Below are positions 53,104 through 62,794 of a stretch of DNA of 64,000 nucleotides, one piece after another; positions within the stretch are counted from its first letter, which is position 1, and each line of letters begins with the position of its first letter. The translations under genes were made by a program, and so were the position numbers. The notes under the pieces are model-generated. The model saw only the letters and a list, made by a program, of their open reading frames with translations. It did not search any database and was not told the DNA's origin. Source of the stretch: an uncultured Gemmatimonadales bacterium (GTDB taxonomy: Bacteria; Gemmatimonadota; Gemmatimonadetes; Gemmatimonadales; GWC2-71-9); NCBI GenBank assembly GCA_963795085.1, contig CAWCFX010000002.1, forward strand, positions 407,952 to 471,951. The letters are read 5' to 3'.

Positions 53104-55089
53104 TCAGATGACGCGGTCGTTGCCGCCGTCAATCGGGACCTGGGCGCCGGTAGTGCGGGCGAAGGCGGGCCCCAGCATGGCGAGGATCATGGCGGCGACA
53201 TCGCGCGAGGTCACCTCGACGCCGAGCAGGTTCTTCGATTTGTACTCATCGATGGAGACACCGTAGCTCCGGGCCCGCGCCTCCAGGACCTCCGGGGTCC
53301 AGGCCGCGGTATCAAAGACCGCATGGGGGTGGATTACGTTGACCCGGATTCCATCTGTGGCCAGCTCCAGGGCGGCGACCCTGGCCATCTGGGTAAGCCC
53401 GGCCTTGGCAATGGAGTAGGCGCCGGCGCCGGGCCCCGGTGCGGGCACGTTCTTGGACCCGACGACCACGATGGCCGGATCTACGCCCAGCCGGAGGAAC
53501 GGAATCGTGGAGCGGAGGAGCGCGAGGTGGCTGGTAAGGTTGAGATCAAGGCTTTGGGACCAGGTGGCTTCGTCCAGGTCTGCCAGCATTGCTGTCGGGG
53601 TAAAGAGGCCGGCATTGGTCACCAGGTAATCGATCCCGCCGAACCGGCGCACCGCTTTCCGGATCGCGACCTCGACCTGGCGCCGGTCGGTCACGTCCGC
53701 GACCACGCCGGCGAATCCGGACCGGGCGATGGTTTCCACCGCCGGGTTAATGTCGAGTCCGGCCACGGCGGCCCCCTGCTCGAGCAGCATTTCGGCCGCG
53801 GCCCGGCCGATGCCGCTGGCCGCGCCCGTGACGACCGCGACCTTGCCTGCCATCGGGGGAGCCGCGCCGCCCTTTCTCAGCTTGGCCTGTTCCAGCTCCC
53901 AGTACTCGACCTCGAACAGCTGGTCCTCCGGCAGGGGCCGCCACCCGCCCAATGACTCGGCCGCCAGGATGGCATTCCGGGTGTGGCGGACGATATCGGC
54001 GACGATGGAAACCTCCTTCCAGCTGGTGCCGATCGCCAGGGTGCCGTGTCCCGGCCAGATGCCCCAGCGGGGCGCGGGATCCAGCTGGGCCAGGCCCGGA
54101 CCGGCGTGGCGCTGGAAGTACTTCCCGTAGTCAGAGCCGTAGCGAGCCACCGCCGCCTCGGAATCACCCTCCAGCACCAGCGGGAGAGGCTTGGTGCGGA
54201 TCACATGGTCGGGAGTCAGGGGACCTCGGGCCACCCCGCCGATGCCGGGAACGCAGGAAAAGAGGAGCGCCTCCTCTCCCTGGTCCAGGCTGGCGAGCAG
54301 TGCGGCACCCTTGAGCCGGGACGCGTCCCGGCGGATGCAGGCCAGGGTGATCTCCACGTCGGTGCCATCCGCCACTGGCGGCTTCCGCGGTTTCGGCGCC
54401 ACCCGCTCGGCGGTGGTTTCACGGTCGAGATATCCCTCCGCCATGGTCACCAGGCGGATCATGCGTTCGTAGCTGGTCCGGGCGTCCGCACCCCAGGTGA
54501 ACACGCCATGGTTCAGGAGGATGATCCCGTCGAGCGCGGCCCAGTCGATGTTACGGGTAAGTTCGAACACGGCCCGGGCCAGCACGAAACCGGGCATCAC
54601 GTAGGGAACCACCAGCACGCTGCCGCCGTAGATCTCCTGAATCCGGGCCGCGCCATCCGGGGTGTTGGACACCGTGACCACGGCGTCGGCATGGGTGTGG
54701 TCAACGTACGTGAAGGGAATGATTGCGTGGAGGACCGCTTCCACGGACGGCGTGGGGGCCGATGGGTCGGTCATGGCCGATCGCTGGGCCCGCACCATGT
54801 CGGCATCCCCGAGCCGCTCCAGTTCCGCCATCCGGGTCAGCACCGGCATGCGAACCGGGGCAAACCCCGCCGCCTCAATGGTGGCCAGGTCCCAGCCGCT
54901 GCCCTTGACCCACAGCACCGGCTCGCGGGTGCCGAACAGGTCGGTCGTCTCCGACTTTACCGAGGTGTTGCCGCCGCCGTGCAACACCAGCGCCGGGTCC
55001 TGCCCCAGCAGGCGGGAGCTGTACACCCGGAGCAGCAGCGGGTCACCCTGGCAGGCGCGCGCGTCGGCCTCGTTCCACAGACTCTTCAT
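53104..55089 (-). CDS. Bifunctional class II aldolase / short-chain dehydrogenase
   Basis: LHGGGNTSVK, HTHAD, YWELEQAKL, TGAASGIG, YSIAK; start ATG 55089. Confidence 0.9.
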   Translation of the reverse strand: MKSLWNEADARACQGDPLLLRVYSSRLLGQDPALVLHGGGNTSVKSETTDLFGTREPVLWVKGSGWDLATIEAAGFAPVRMPVLTRMAELERLGDADMVRAQRSAMTDPSAPTPSVEAVLHAIIPFTYVDHTHADAVVTVSNTPDGAARIQEIYGGSVLVVPYVMPGFVLARAVFELTRNIDWAALDGIILLNHGVFTWGADARTSYERMIRLVTMAEGYLDRETTAERVAPKPRKPPVADGTDVEITLACIRRDASRLKGAALLASLDQGEEALLFSCVPGIGGVARGPLTPDHVIRTKPLPLVLEGDSEAAVARYGSDYGKYFQRHAGPGLAQLDPAPRWGIWPGHGTLAIGTSWKEVSIVADIVRHTRNAILAAESLGGWRPLPEDQLFEVEYWELEQAKLRKGGAAPPMAGKVAVVTGAASGIGRAAAEMLLEQGAAVAGLDINPAVETIARSGFAGVVADVTDRRQVEVAIRKAVRRFGGIDYLVTNAGLFTPTAMLADLDEATWSQSLDLNLTSHLALLRSTIPFLRLGVDPAIVVVGSKNVPAPGPGAGAYSIAKAGLTQMARVAALELATDGIRVNVIHPHAVFDTAAWTPEVLEARARSYGVSIDEYKSKNLLGVEVTSRDVAAMILAMLGPAFARTTGAQVPIDGGNDRVI

Positions 55090-55178
55090 CGACAGGAACC
55101 CTGGCTGCAACAACAGGATGGATTGATCATCGTGAGGAAGACTACGGACACCGTGGCCGCGGGGCAACTTCCTGCCCT

Positions 55179-56615
55179 TCAGGGAATACTCACCCCGTGG
55201 CACGCGGTGCACATCTCCGGATTCTTTCGCTTGAGGCGATCGGCATCGAATCCGGGGCCATGCGGGTTGAAGCGCCTGCCCCCCTGGGCTGAGTGGCAGG
55301 TGAGGCAGTCCCGCTCGGTGTGACACCCCACACAGGTCTCCAGGCTCTGCCGCGCGGCTTGCCCGTGGCCGGCCAGGAAGAACTGTTTGCTGTCGTGGAA
55401 CCCGGGCCGCAGCGTGCGCTGGGCCACCAGCCCCGCTTGCTGGTGGCAGGCGGCGCAGAACCCCGTCGTGGAATGACAATCGGCACAGGAGGTCTCCCGG
55501 GAGTAGGCCGCCGCCGGGTGGCGAACCAGGAATCCCGCTGGATGATAGCTGCCGGCCGCCCCGGCATCGGGCCGATGACAGTCAAGACATTGGGCCCGCG
55601 CATGACAGGCGGCGCAGGTCCGGGGACTTGCGGCGGCAGGGGCTGCATGAGTTTCGGCAAAGTTGGTCCCATGCGTCACCGGCCGAACCCGGGCAATGCG
55701 GGCACCCAGTCCTCTCCCCGTCGCCACCGCGGCCAGCCGGTCGCTCCCGTTCGGCGGGATGACATGGCAGGCAGTACAGCTTTCCCGGGTGTGGCAGGTC
55801 TGGCAGCTTGCTTCCCTCGAGGTGGCGAGGGCGCCATGCCGGGCACCGAATGCCGCGCTAGCGTGGCTGGCCGGCGCCACCAGGGTGGCCCGGTGCGCCA
55901 GGGAGCGGCGATCCGACGCCAGCGCCTGGATGCTCGGTTGCTCCAGCGCATCCACATGACACTGGGTGCAGAACTCCCGGGCATGGCAGGTGGCGCAACT
56001 GGCGGCGACCGGCGAGTCGCTTCCGCCGCCGCGAGCCAGCTCGGCATGGGTGACCGGCAGGAAGCGAGGATTGCCGTGGCTCTCCGGTATCGGGAATGCC
56101 GCAATCCTCTCCATCGAGAGAGTCGTTGCGCTGGCCAGGGACAGGTGGCAGGCAGCACACGCGGTATCCGGCAGTGCCAGGTGGTCCGGGCCCTGGCGAT
56201 GACAGTCCAGGCATTGCCCAACCACGGCCACCTTCACGTCCATGCGCTCGCCGCCGGCCGGGACATGGCAGGCGGCGCATCGCGCCGTGGAATCGGGGAC
56301 CGATCCGGCCCGCATGGCGTCCTCATGGGTGCTGTGCGAGAATGCCAGGTTGCTGGCCCGAGCCCCCGCCGGCGGCGACCAAGGTACCGAATCGGCCACG
56401 GTGCCGTCGTGACACGCGGCGCAGGACTCAGGGGCGGGCCAGAGCGAGGCCCCGGCGCTCACCGCTCCGGCATGGCAGGACTCACAAGAGGGAAACAGCT
56501 TCTCGTGCTGGCGGTGATCGAACCGGTCCGAGGACCGGGAGGCTATCACCCGGCCCACCGCGGCGAGGAAGACCAGGCCACCGAGCAGGAACGCTGTCGT
56601 CGCCCGTCGTTTCAT
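55179..56615 (-). CDS. Periplasmic multiheme cytochrome c (16 CxxCH)
   Basis: Signal/anchor MKRRATTAFLLGG; 16 CxxCH counted; start ATG 56615 overlaps the upstream stop. Confidence 0.92.
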   Translation of the reverse strand: MKRRATTAFLLGGLVFLAAVGRVIASRSSDRFDHRQHEKLFPSCESCHAGAVSAGASLWPAPESCAACHDGTVADSVPWSPPAGARASNLAFSHSTHEDAMRAGSVPDSTARCAACHVPAGGERMDVKVAVVGQCLDCHRQGPDHLALPDTACAACHLSLASATTLSMERIAAFPIPESHGNPRFLPVTHAELARGGGSDSPVAASCATCHAREFCTQCHVDALEQPSIQALASDRRSLAHRATLVAPASHASAAFGARHGALATSREASCQTCHTRESCTACHVIPPNGSDRLAAVATGRGLGARIARVRPVTHGTNFAETHAAPAAASPRTCAACHARAQCLDCHRPDAGAAGSYHPAGFLVRHPAAAYSRETSCADCHSTTGFCAACHQQAGLVAQRTLRPGFHDSKQFFLAGHGQAARQSLETCVGCHTERDCLTCHSAQGGRRFNPHGPGFDADRLKRKNPEMCTACHGVSIP

Positions 56616-58093
56616 GGCACGCGGCTCCGGCCAAGGCGGGGTAACGGCGTCGGCCCCGAATCCCCACCGAGCAGGAACGCCAGCCGGGCGGTCAGCCTGG
56701 TCTGGTTCCAGTCCAGCCCGGCCGCGTCGGGCCGCTTCCGGGTTTCCATGTAGCGGGCCAGCCCGACCGACCCTTCCCAGCGTTCGGACGGCCGCCATTC
56801 CACCTCCACGCCTAGCAGGTGGAGGGTGGCCTCGTCCACCCGGAACTCCAGGGGCCGGTTGAGACGGCCGCCTGTAACGCCAAGGGAAAGTCCCGCAGCC
56901 GCCTGGAATCGGGCCGAGCCGGTGACGCTGCTGAACGAAGCGCCGGGACCGAACTCGGTTTCGTGGTCGAGTTGCACAGCGAGCCGCTCCACCGGACGGT
57001 AGCCGGCGCCGACATGGATTCTCCAGCCGCGGTCCACCACGGAGACGAGCGGTGTCTCGGTCTCCGTATCCTCAAACCAGAAACGGGAAGCCCGCGCCTG
57101 CAGGGAGAGTTTCGAGTCCGCCCGCCAGGCAACCGACCCGTTGACCGCCTGGTACCCGGTGGGGCTGAACGCGCCCCAGATGGTCCAGAGGTCGAAATGG
57201 GGCCGATACCGCTGGTAACCCACGCTCGCATTCACGGCATCGGCCGCATAGCGGACCACGGCGTCCGCGCTGCCCCACGCCGCCAACGCAAGATCGTAGG
57301 TTCCCCCCAGTTCCAGCCGGAGCCGGTATGGCCCCCGCAGCAGCGCGGATGCGGCCGCCCGCTCGGCAACGAAGTATCGTGACCGCGTATCCACCTCGCG
57401 CTGGTAGTCCACCCGGAGCGAACCGAAGGCGGCATGCCACCCCAGTGCCGCGCCCGCCACCAGCTGCCGCTGCCTCGGCTGGTAGTCATCGAGTGGATTG
57501 AGCGCCTCGCTGCTCACCGGGAGCGCGGTGGCGCGTCCCAGGCCCCACCCCAGGTACCCGTCCGCTTCCAGCCGCTGCCCGGCGAAGCGGCCACTGACCC
57601 GGCCGCCGTCGAAGCCGGTAAAGCCGAGGCGGCTGGCATAGGTCTGCCGGCCGAGCCGGCCCGTCACGCGGGGAATCGCGTACTCCGCATACCCTTCGAG
57701 CAGCTGCACGGCCGGCTGGGTACCGGGCCACGCTGCGTCACCGGCCAGGTCCATGGCGACCCGGGAGTGCACGCGAACGCTCAGCCCGCGCACCCCGAAT
57801 CCCCAGGCTGTTCCGGCGGCGGAAAGCACCAGCGGCCTCGCCACCACCGAAGGCCCGGGACGAAAGTAGTAACATCGAGCCAGCCCGGCCTCGCAGCGCA
57901 CCGCGAAACCATCGGCTGTCGTGCGGCCACCGCCAGGGCCGAGGATCGTGGCCGCCAGCGGCACGCTGTCAAGCGCGGTACCCCGGAAGGCGACGCTCTG
58001 GCCCTGGGCCTCCAGCCGGAACCGGGCGTGCTGGGCCTGGAGCGGCAATGGGCCCAGGGCCATCACCGCACCCAGCAGGGCCAGCCATTTCAT
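56612..58093 (-). CDS. Probable outer-membrane beta-barrel (cytochrome-associated porin)
   Basis: Sec signal peptide; alternating amphipathic strands rich in Y/W/G/R (GRLGRQ, YAEY); no heme motif. Confidence 0.75.
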   Translation of the reverse strand: MKWLALLGAVMALGPLPLQAQHARFRLEAQGQSVAFRGTALDSVPLAATILGPGGGRTTADGFAVRCEAGLARCYYFRPGPSVVARPLVLSAAGTAWGFGVRGLSVRVHSRVAMDLAGDAAWPGTQPAVQLLEGYAEYAIPRVTGRLGRQTYASRLGFTGFDGGRVSGRFAGQRLEADGYLGWGLGRATALPVSSEALNPLDDYQPRQRQLVAGAALGWHAAFGSLRVDYQREVDTRSRYFVAERAAASALLRGPYRLRLELGGTYDLALAAWGSADAVVRYAADAVNASVGYQRYRPHFDLWTIWGAFSPTGYQAVNGSVAWRADSKLSLQARASRFWFEDTETETPLVSVVDRGWRIHVGAGYRPVERLAVQLDHETEFGPGASFSSVTGSARFQAAAGLSLGVTGGRLNRPLEFRVDEATLHLLGVEVEWRPSERWEGSVGLARYMETRKRPDAAGLDWNQTRLTARLAFLLGGDSGPTPLPRLGRSRVP

Positions 58094-60051
58094 CGCTCCC
58101 GCCCCCCGGTCGAAAGGCGGGAGCGAAACTGCTCAGGGGTCGCCTGGAAATGGCATGCGGTGCACTCCCTCGGCGGATAGTGGTCCTGCGGCTGGTGACA
58201 GGTGAGGCACAGCTGCCGTGTGGGGACCAGTTCCGCGATCTGCGCCGGCCGATGGCAGGCATCACACGCCTGGTGGGTCTCGACCGGCCGCCGGTGCGCA
58301 GGAAGAAGCTGCGGCGTGGCATGGCAGGCCGCACAGCTCTGATCACGCTGGTGGTGCTGCTGGTGGCAGCTGGAGCAGGTCGTCACTTCCTCTGGCGGCG
58401 CCAGAGAAACTGGCCGGGTATGGCACTCGAGGCATGCCACCGCGACGTGGGTGGCATGCTGGAACGATACGATCCTCGGTCTTTCCGGATGGCCCCGCAC
58501 CGCCACCCCCAGCACCATGGCTCGTCCGGGGGCCAGTCGCTCAGCCTGGTGACAGAGGGCGCATGCGCTCCGGACCGGCGCCTGGTGATGACAGATCTGG
58601 CAGCCACGCGGGGACTCGAAGGTGAGCTTGCCGCCCTGGCCGGCGCGGGTCGTGTGGCAGGTAAGACAGGGAAGTTTGCTGTGACGGGAGTGGGAAAATG
58701 TATCGGCCATGACGGCCACCGGCGTGGGGGGGCCCGGGCCGCCGTCCGGGTCCGTGACCGGCGGGACGTCACCCTTGCCGCGCGGTTCCGCCGCCGGTCC
58801 CTTCCCCGCGGCACGGAGTTTCGCGGCGGTCGTATCGAAGGGCAGCGGGGGCTGCCGGACCTGCCCGCTCCGGTCTCGCACCTGCTGGTGGCATCCGGCG
58901 CAATCACTGGCATCGACCCTCGCCTGGTGCGGCTGATGGCAGAGGGTACACTGGCGCGCTACCGCGCGATGGTTCGCACCCAGGTGGAATGGCTCCTCGC
59001 GCCAGGAATCGTGGCAGCCTGCTCCGGCGCAGGTCAGCTTCGCTTCGCGGACTTCGGCCTGGGCATGGGGATCATGGCACATGCCACAGGTACCGCTGTG
59101 GGGATCCCCCGCGATCTGGAACCCCGTCAGGCGGGTTTGCATCGGGTGACAGGCCATGCACTGCCGGTCGCCCGGTACCAGCGTCCCCGACGCCGAATCA
59201 CGGGTCGCGAGCCGGGGGACTTCGGCGGTGAAATCATGGCAGGCCGTACAGTGCGCCTCCAGGGACACGCTTCGCCTGGCCATGTCACCAAGCACGATCC
59301 GGGTGTCCTCGTGGCATCCCTGCTGGGTACAGGTGGTATTCACCGGAACGAAACGGTGGACCTCCTGCACATGGCAGGTCAGGCATTCGACCTCCCGGAG
59401 CGCACTCGAATCAGACTCCAGATGGACCCGGTGGCCCGCGGTCCCGGCGATGGCTTCCCAGGTTTCCTTTGCCTCGCCGCGCACGTGACAGTTTTCACAC
59501 ACCGCCCGGGGGACGGTGGCGTGCGGAGGAATCTCATCGTCCCGCACCCCCGACATCCACCAGACCATCTTGACCGCTTCCTTCACCGGGTGGAGGGCAT
59601 GGCAGGCGTGACAGCTCAGGCTGTCGTGCTTGCCCTCCACCCGGTTCACGAGCGTATAACTGCCGGTATCGGACGGAATCCAGGGCTCCCCGGAAGCGAC
59701 GAAGATATGACAGCCACTACAGAAGCGATTATCGGTTTCGACGAACGTCCTGGCCCGCAGCCCCGCCACGGCGGCACCGGCCGCCAACACAAGGACGCCA
59801 GCGAGCACGGACACTTTGACCCACGGGGCCATGCCGGCGACCCCGCGGGCGATCGCCTTCCGGCGTTTCCAGGCCGCGGCCATGAGGAACGCGGCCACCC
59901 CGATGGCCAGCACCACGCCCCCCCACATGACCAGCGGGGACTGCTGAAAGATGAACTGGACGGTGGCGACCACCGGGTCGGCAAACGAGGGATGGACGGC
60001 GATCGAGTCCGCCCCCGGGTGGGCGGCGCCGGAATCCTGGTATGCCAGCAC
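58090..60051 (-). CDS. Membrane-anchored multiheme cytochrome c (18 CxxCH + 2 CX4CH), NapC/NirT-like N-terminus
   Basis: Two N-terminal TM helices, then ETDNRFCSGCH; motifs counted by hand. Confidence 0.9.
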   Translation of the reverse strand: MLAYQDSGAAHPGADSIAVHPSFADPVVATVQFIFQQSPLVMWGGVVLAIGVAAFLMAAAWKRRKAIARGVAGMAPWVKVSVLAGVLVLAAGAAVAGLRARTFVETDNRFCSGCHIFVASGEPWIPSDTGSYTLVNRVEGKHDSLSCHACHALHPVKEAVKMVWWMSGVRDDEIPPHATVPRAVCENCHVRGEAKETWEAIAGTAGHRVHLESDSSALREVECLTCHVQEVHRFVPVNTTCTQQGCHEDTRIVLGDMARRSVSLEAHCTACHDFTAEVPRLATRDSASGTLVPGDRQCMACHPMQTRLTGFQIAGDPHSGTCGMCHDPHAQAEVREAKLTCAGAGCHDSWREEPFHLGANHRAVARQCTLCHQPHQARVDASDCAGCHQQVRDRSGQVRQPPLPFDTTAAKLRAAGKGPAAEPRGKGDVPPVTDPDGGPGPPTPVAVMADTFSHSRHSKLPCLTCHTTRAGQGGKLTFESPRGCQICHHQAPVRSACALCHQAERLAPGRAMVLGVAVRGHPERPRIVSFQHATHVAVACLECHTRPVSLAPPEEVTTCSSCHQQHHQRDQSCAACHATPQLLPAHRRPVETHQACDACHRPAQIAELVPTRQLCLTCHQPQDHYPPRECTACHFQATPEQFRSRLSTGGRER

Positions 60052-60113
60052 GGCAAGAGCCCCGGCCGGTGTCGCGCCGGGGCCCCTGCGGAGCCTGGGG
60101 AGTACCCCCGGGG

Positions 60114-61682
60114 TTATCGTGCGCTCACCTGGACGGCGCCGGCCGATCGCGACTTGAGGATCCGCAGTTGGATATCGTCCATCAGCGCCCGCGTTTTCGG
60201 TGGCAGGGGGAAGGGCCCGTAGGTCGCATTGAGCGCCTGGATGCTGGCGGTGAGCAGTGACTGGGCCAGGAAGGGATTGTGGACGCCTTTGGACCGGTCA
60301 CCATTGGCATAGCGGCCCTCCGACACCAGGCGCATGTTGAAGAGCACCCCCTCCGCCACCGTGATGATGTTGTCGGTGGTATTGTACTCGGTGGCCGGAA
60401 TGAGGGCGAGGATCCCCTGGTCGCCGGCGTCCGGATTGCCGATCTCGCTGCCGGTGCCGGCCGGGTTGTCCACCCAGATCTGGTCCGCCAGCGTCGCCAC
60501 GACCCCGCGGTTGGCATTGAACGCCGAGAGGGCGGAGCCGGTGCTGCCGTGACAACCGGCGGCGGTGCACGAGTTGAATGTCCGGGCCGTGGTGTTGTAG
60601 GCGCAAGTGTTATCGGCGGTGGGCACCCCGTTGGCGTCCAGGCAGGGGATCGGCTTGAAGAGATGGCCGGTCGAGGAGAAGACATGGTTGCCGCTTTGCG
60701 GATCGGTCACCTCGTATTTGTTGACGTGGCACCCCGCACAGAGCCTCGTATTGACTGCCGGATTCCCATGGGTGGCGACGACCGCCGTGGTGTCGTACCC
60801 CGTCGGCCACCAGCCCGCCACTCCGGTCAGCACCGCACCCTGGGGCGCGTGCGGCCCCCGGGAACTGTTGGCGACCGGTTCGTACCGCCGACTGTGGCAC
60901 TTCATGCAGAGGTTCTCATTGAAATCCGCCGACGTGACCGGGAAGCGGAGTTGGGCCGGGTTGTCCGAGCCGTGGGGGTCGTGGCAGACCGAGCACGTGA
61001 CTCCAAGGAATGCGCCCGTACCGGGCAGGTCCCGTTCCACGTAATTTGCGGTGGACCCCCACGCCCGGAGCGTGGCCCGGCCCTCGTGGCAGGACGCGCA
61101 GGACGCACTGGAGGCGACGAAGTTTCCCGGACTCGACTCCAGCGATTTTGCATGCAGCGACTGGCTCCACTCCTCGACAAAGGGATGGTGAGTCCCGGCA
61201 TGGCAGGCGGCGCAGCTCGCCGCCGAGTCGGCGCCGAGGACGCCGACATGGGCCAGCGGCTGGGTGCCGTCGGTGTCCGGGGCGGTTACGTGCTCAAACC
61301 CGGGGCCGTGGCAGTTCTCGCACTGGACATCGTGGTAGGCGGCATCCTTCACCGCGTCATACCCCGCGGGGCCCGGGACGAGATTGCCTTTATCGCTTAC
61401 GGTGTGGCAGGTGTAGCAGAAGGCCTGCTGGCCGGGGTTGCTGGCCAGGGTCTGGAAGGCCCCGGCGTGATTGGAGGTTTTCCAGTCGGCCTGGTGACCG
61501 ACATGACAGTTACCGCAGGTGGTCTGTTTGGTCGCCGCCGTGTAGTAGCCGAGAAACCCGTTGTCGGCATCGGCGGGAGGGTTGAACGGTTCCCGGTCCC
61601 GGAATACGATCTCCGTGTCGGTGCACCCAGACGAGAGTATCAGGGCAGCGATGGCCAGCAGCGATGAGATTCGGTTGCGCAT
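60114..61682 (-). CDS. Multiheme cytochrome c lipoprotein (8 CxxCH + 1 CX4CH)
   Basis: Lipobox SSGC; c554-like start (CGNCH..WKTSNHA..CENCHGPG). Confidence 0.92.
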   Translation of the reverse strand: MRNRISSLLAIAALILSSGCTDTEIVFRDREPFNPPADADNGFLGYYTAATKQTTCGNCHVGHQADWKTSNHAGAFQTLASNPGQQAFCYTCHTVSDKGNLVPGPAGYDAVKDAAYHDVQCENCHGPGFEHVTAPDTDGTQPLAHVGVLGADSAASCAACHAGTHHPFVEEWSQSLHAKSLESSPGNFVASSASCASCHEGRATLRAWGSTANYVERDLPGTGAFLGVTCSVCHDPHGSDNPAQLRFPVTSADFNENLCMKCHSRRYEPVANSSRGPHAPQGAVLTGVAGWWPTGYDTTAVVATHGNPAVNTRLCAGCHVNKYEVTDPQSGNHVFSSTGHLFKPIPCLDANGVPTADNTCAYNTTARTFNSCTAAGCHGSTGSALSAFNANRGVVATLADQIWVDNPAGTGSEIGNPDAGDQGILALIPATEYNTTDNIITVAEGVLFNMRLVSEGRYANGDRSKGVHNPFLAQSLLTASIQALNATYGPFPLPPKTRALMDDIQLRILKSRSAGAVQVSAR

Positions 61683-61796
61683 GTCGTGACCTTTGCATCC
61701 CGGGAGATTCAGGCGACGGGGATGTGCACTTCCATACCTAACACCGGGACCGTAAAGATTGTATGAAGATTCCCGGGTAATGCCCGCCCCGCTCCT

Positions 61797-62630
61797 TCAC
61801 AATGGCACGGTAAGCACCGGGCAACGCGCTGAGTGCAGCAGTCGCCGGCTGACGCTCCGCTGGTCCACGTCCAGGAGGGGACCGCCGGGGTGAAACCCGG
61901 TGATCAGGAGGCTGGCCTTGATCGCTTCCGCATGGCGGACAACCTCGGGAACCACCTCGCCCCGGAGCACCTGGAGCGGGCTGACCGCTGCCGCCGCAAG
62001 GCATTGGTGCCTCCGGGATCCGGCCGCCTGGTTTTCCTCGATGGCAGCCAGCAACCGGTCTCCCCTAGGGCCGTCCTCACCGGGGGCGCCTGGCCAGTCC
62101 GGCTCCACGGAGACGGCATGAAACTCGACTCTGGCGGCGGCGGCAAGGTCCATCGCAAAACGAAGGACCGACAGGCCCCGGTCGGTGCCGTCCAGTGCCG
62201 CCAGCAGACGATCCAGGCTGCGGGTCCCTGACGGTACGGAGACCGTGGGGAGGAGGCTCCGGCGAACAACGGCATCGGCCGTATCTCCGAGCATGAGCCT
62301 GGTGTGCCGGCTGCGGGGCTTCCGGCCGAGCACGATGAGACCAGCAGACGCCCGCTCCGCGAACCGGGGTATCTCCACCTGGGGGATGCCCTGCGCCCAG
62401 GCGATCGCCACCGGCAGGTCATGGCCCTCGATGCGCGCGGCTTCGGCAACCATGCGCTCGATCCCGGCACGCAACAGGCCCGCGGGCTCCGGGCCGTGCA
62501 CCTGAGCCGCCAGCACCCGCAGCACGGTGACCCGGGCGCCGACCCGGGCACCCAGCCGCAGGGCAAAGCGTACGGATTCCTTCCCGGCGTCGCTATCATC
62601 AAGGCCAGCGACCAAGTGTCTTAGGTGCAT
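61797..62630 (-). CDS. Tandem universal stress protein
   Basis: LVAGLDDS, LIVLG, LGDTADAVVR, LLAALDG, CPVLTVP. Confidence 0.88.
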   Translation of the reverse strand: MHLRHLVAGLDDSDAGKESVRFALRLGARVGARVTVLRVLAAQVHGPEPAGLLRAGIERMVAEAARIEGHDLPVAIAWAQGIPQVEIPRFAERASAGLIVLGRKPRSRHTRLMLGDTADAVVRRSLLPTVSVPSGTRSLDRLLAALDGTDRGLSVLRFAMDLAAAARVEFHAVSVEPDWPGAPGEDGPRGDRLLAAIEENQAAGSRRHQCLAAAAVSPLQVLRGEVVPEVVRHAEAIKASLLITGFHPGGPLLDVDQRSVSRRLLHSARCPVLTVPL

Positions 62631-62722
62631 GGTGCATCAAGCTTCACCGGCCCCGGTGAAGGGATCATGAAATCGTCTCGAATGGTTTCCCGGCCCGCCG
62701 GGTGCGGGTACGACTCGCTCGC

Positions 62723-62752
62723 TTGACAGCTCAGGTAAGATGACCCTACGCT
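62723..62752 (+). promoter_or_regulatory. Putative sigma70 promoter of the GAF kinase
   Basis: TTGACA-18 bp-TACGCT. Confidence 0.45.
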
Positions 62753-62794
62753 CCTCTTTTACCCGTGTGTGCAGGCCGGGCCTGCCAGGAAACC

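Noticed and set aside
53104..55089. Aldolase/SDR as part of the cytochrome system
   Set aside because: It is separated by about 90 bp, is a cytoplasmic sugar-type enzyme and has no evident functional link.
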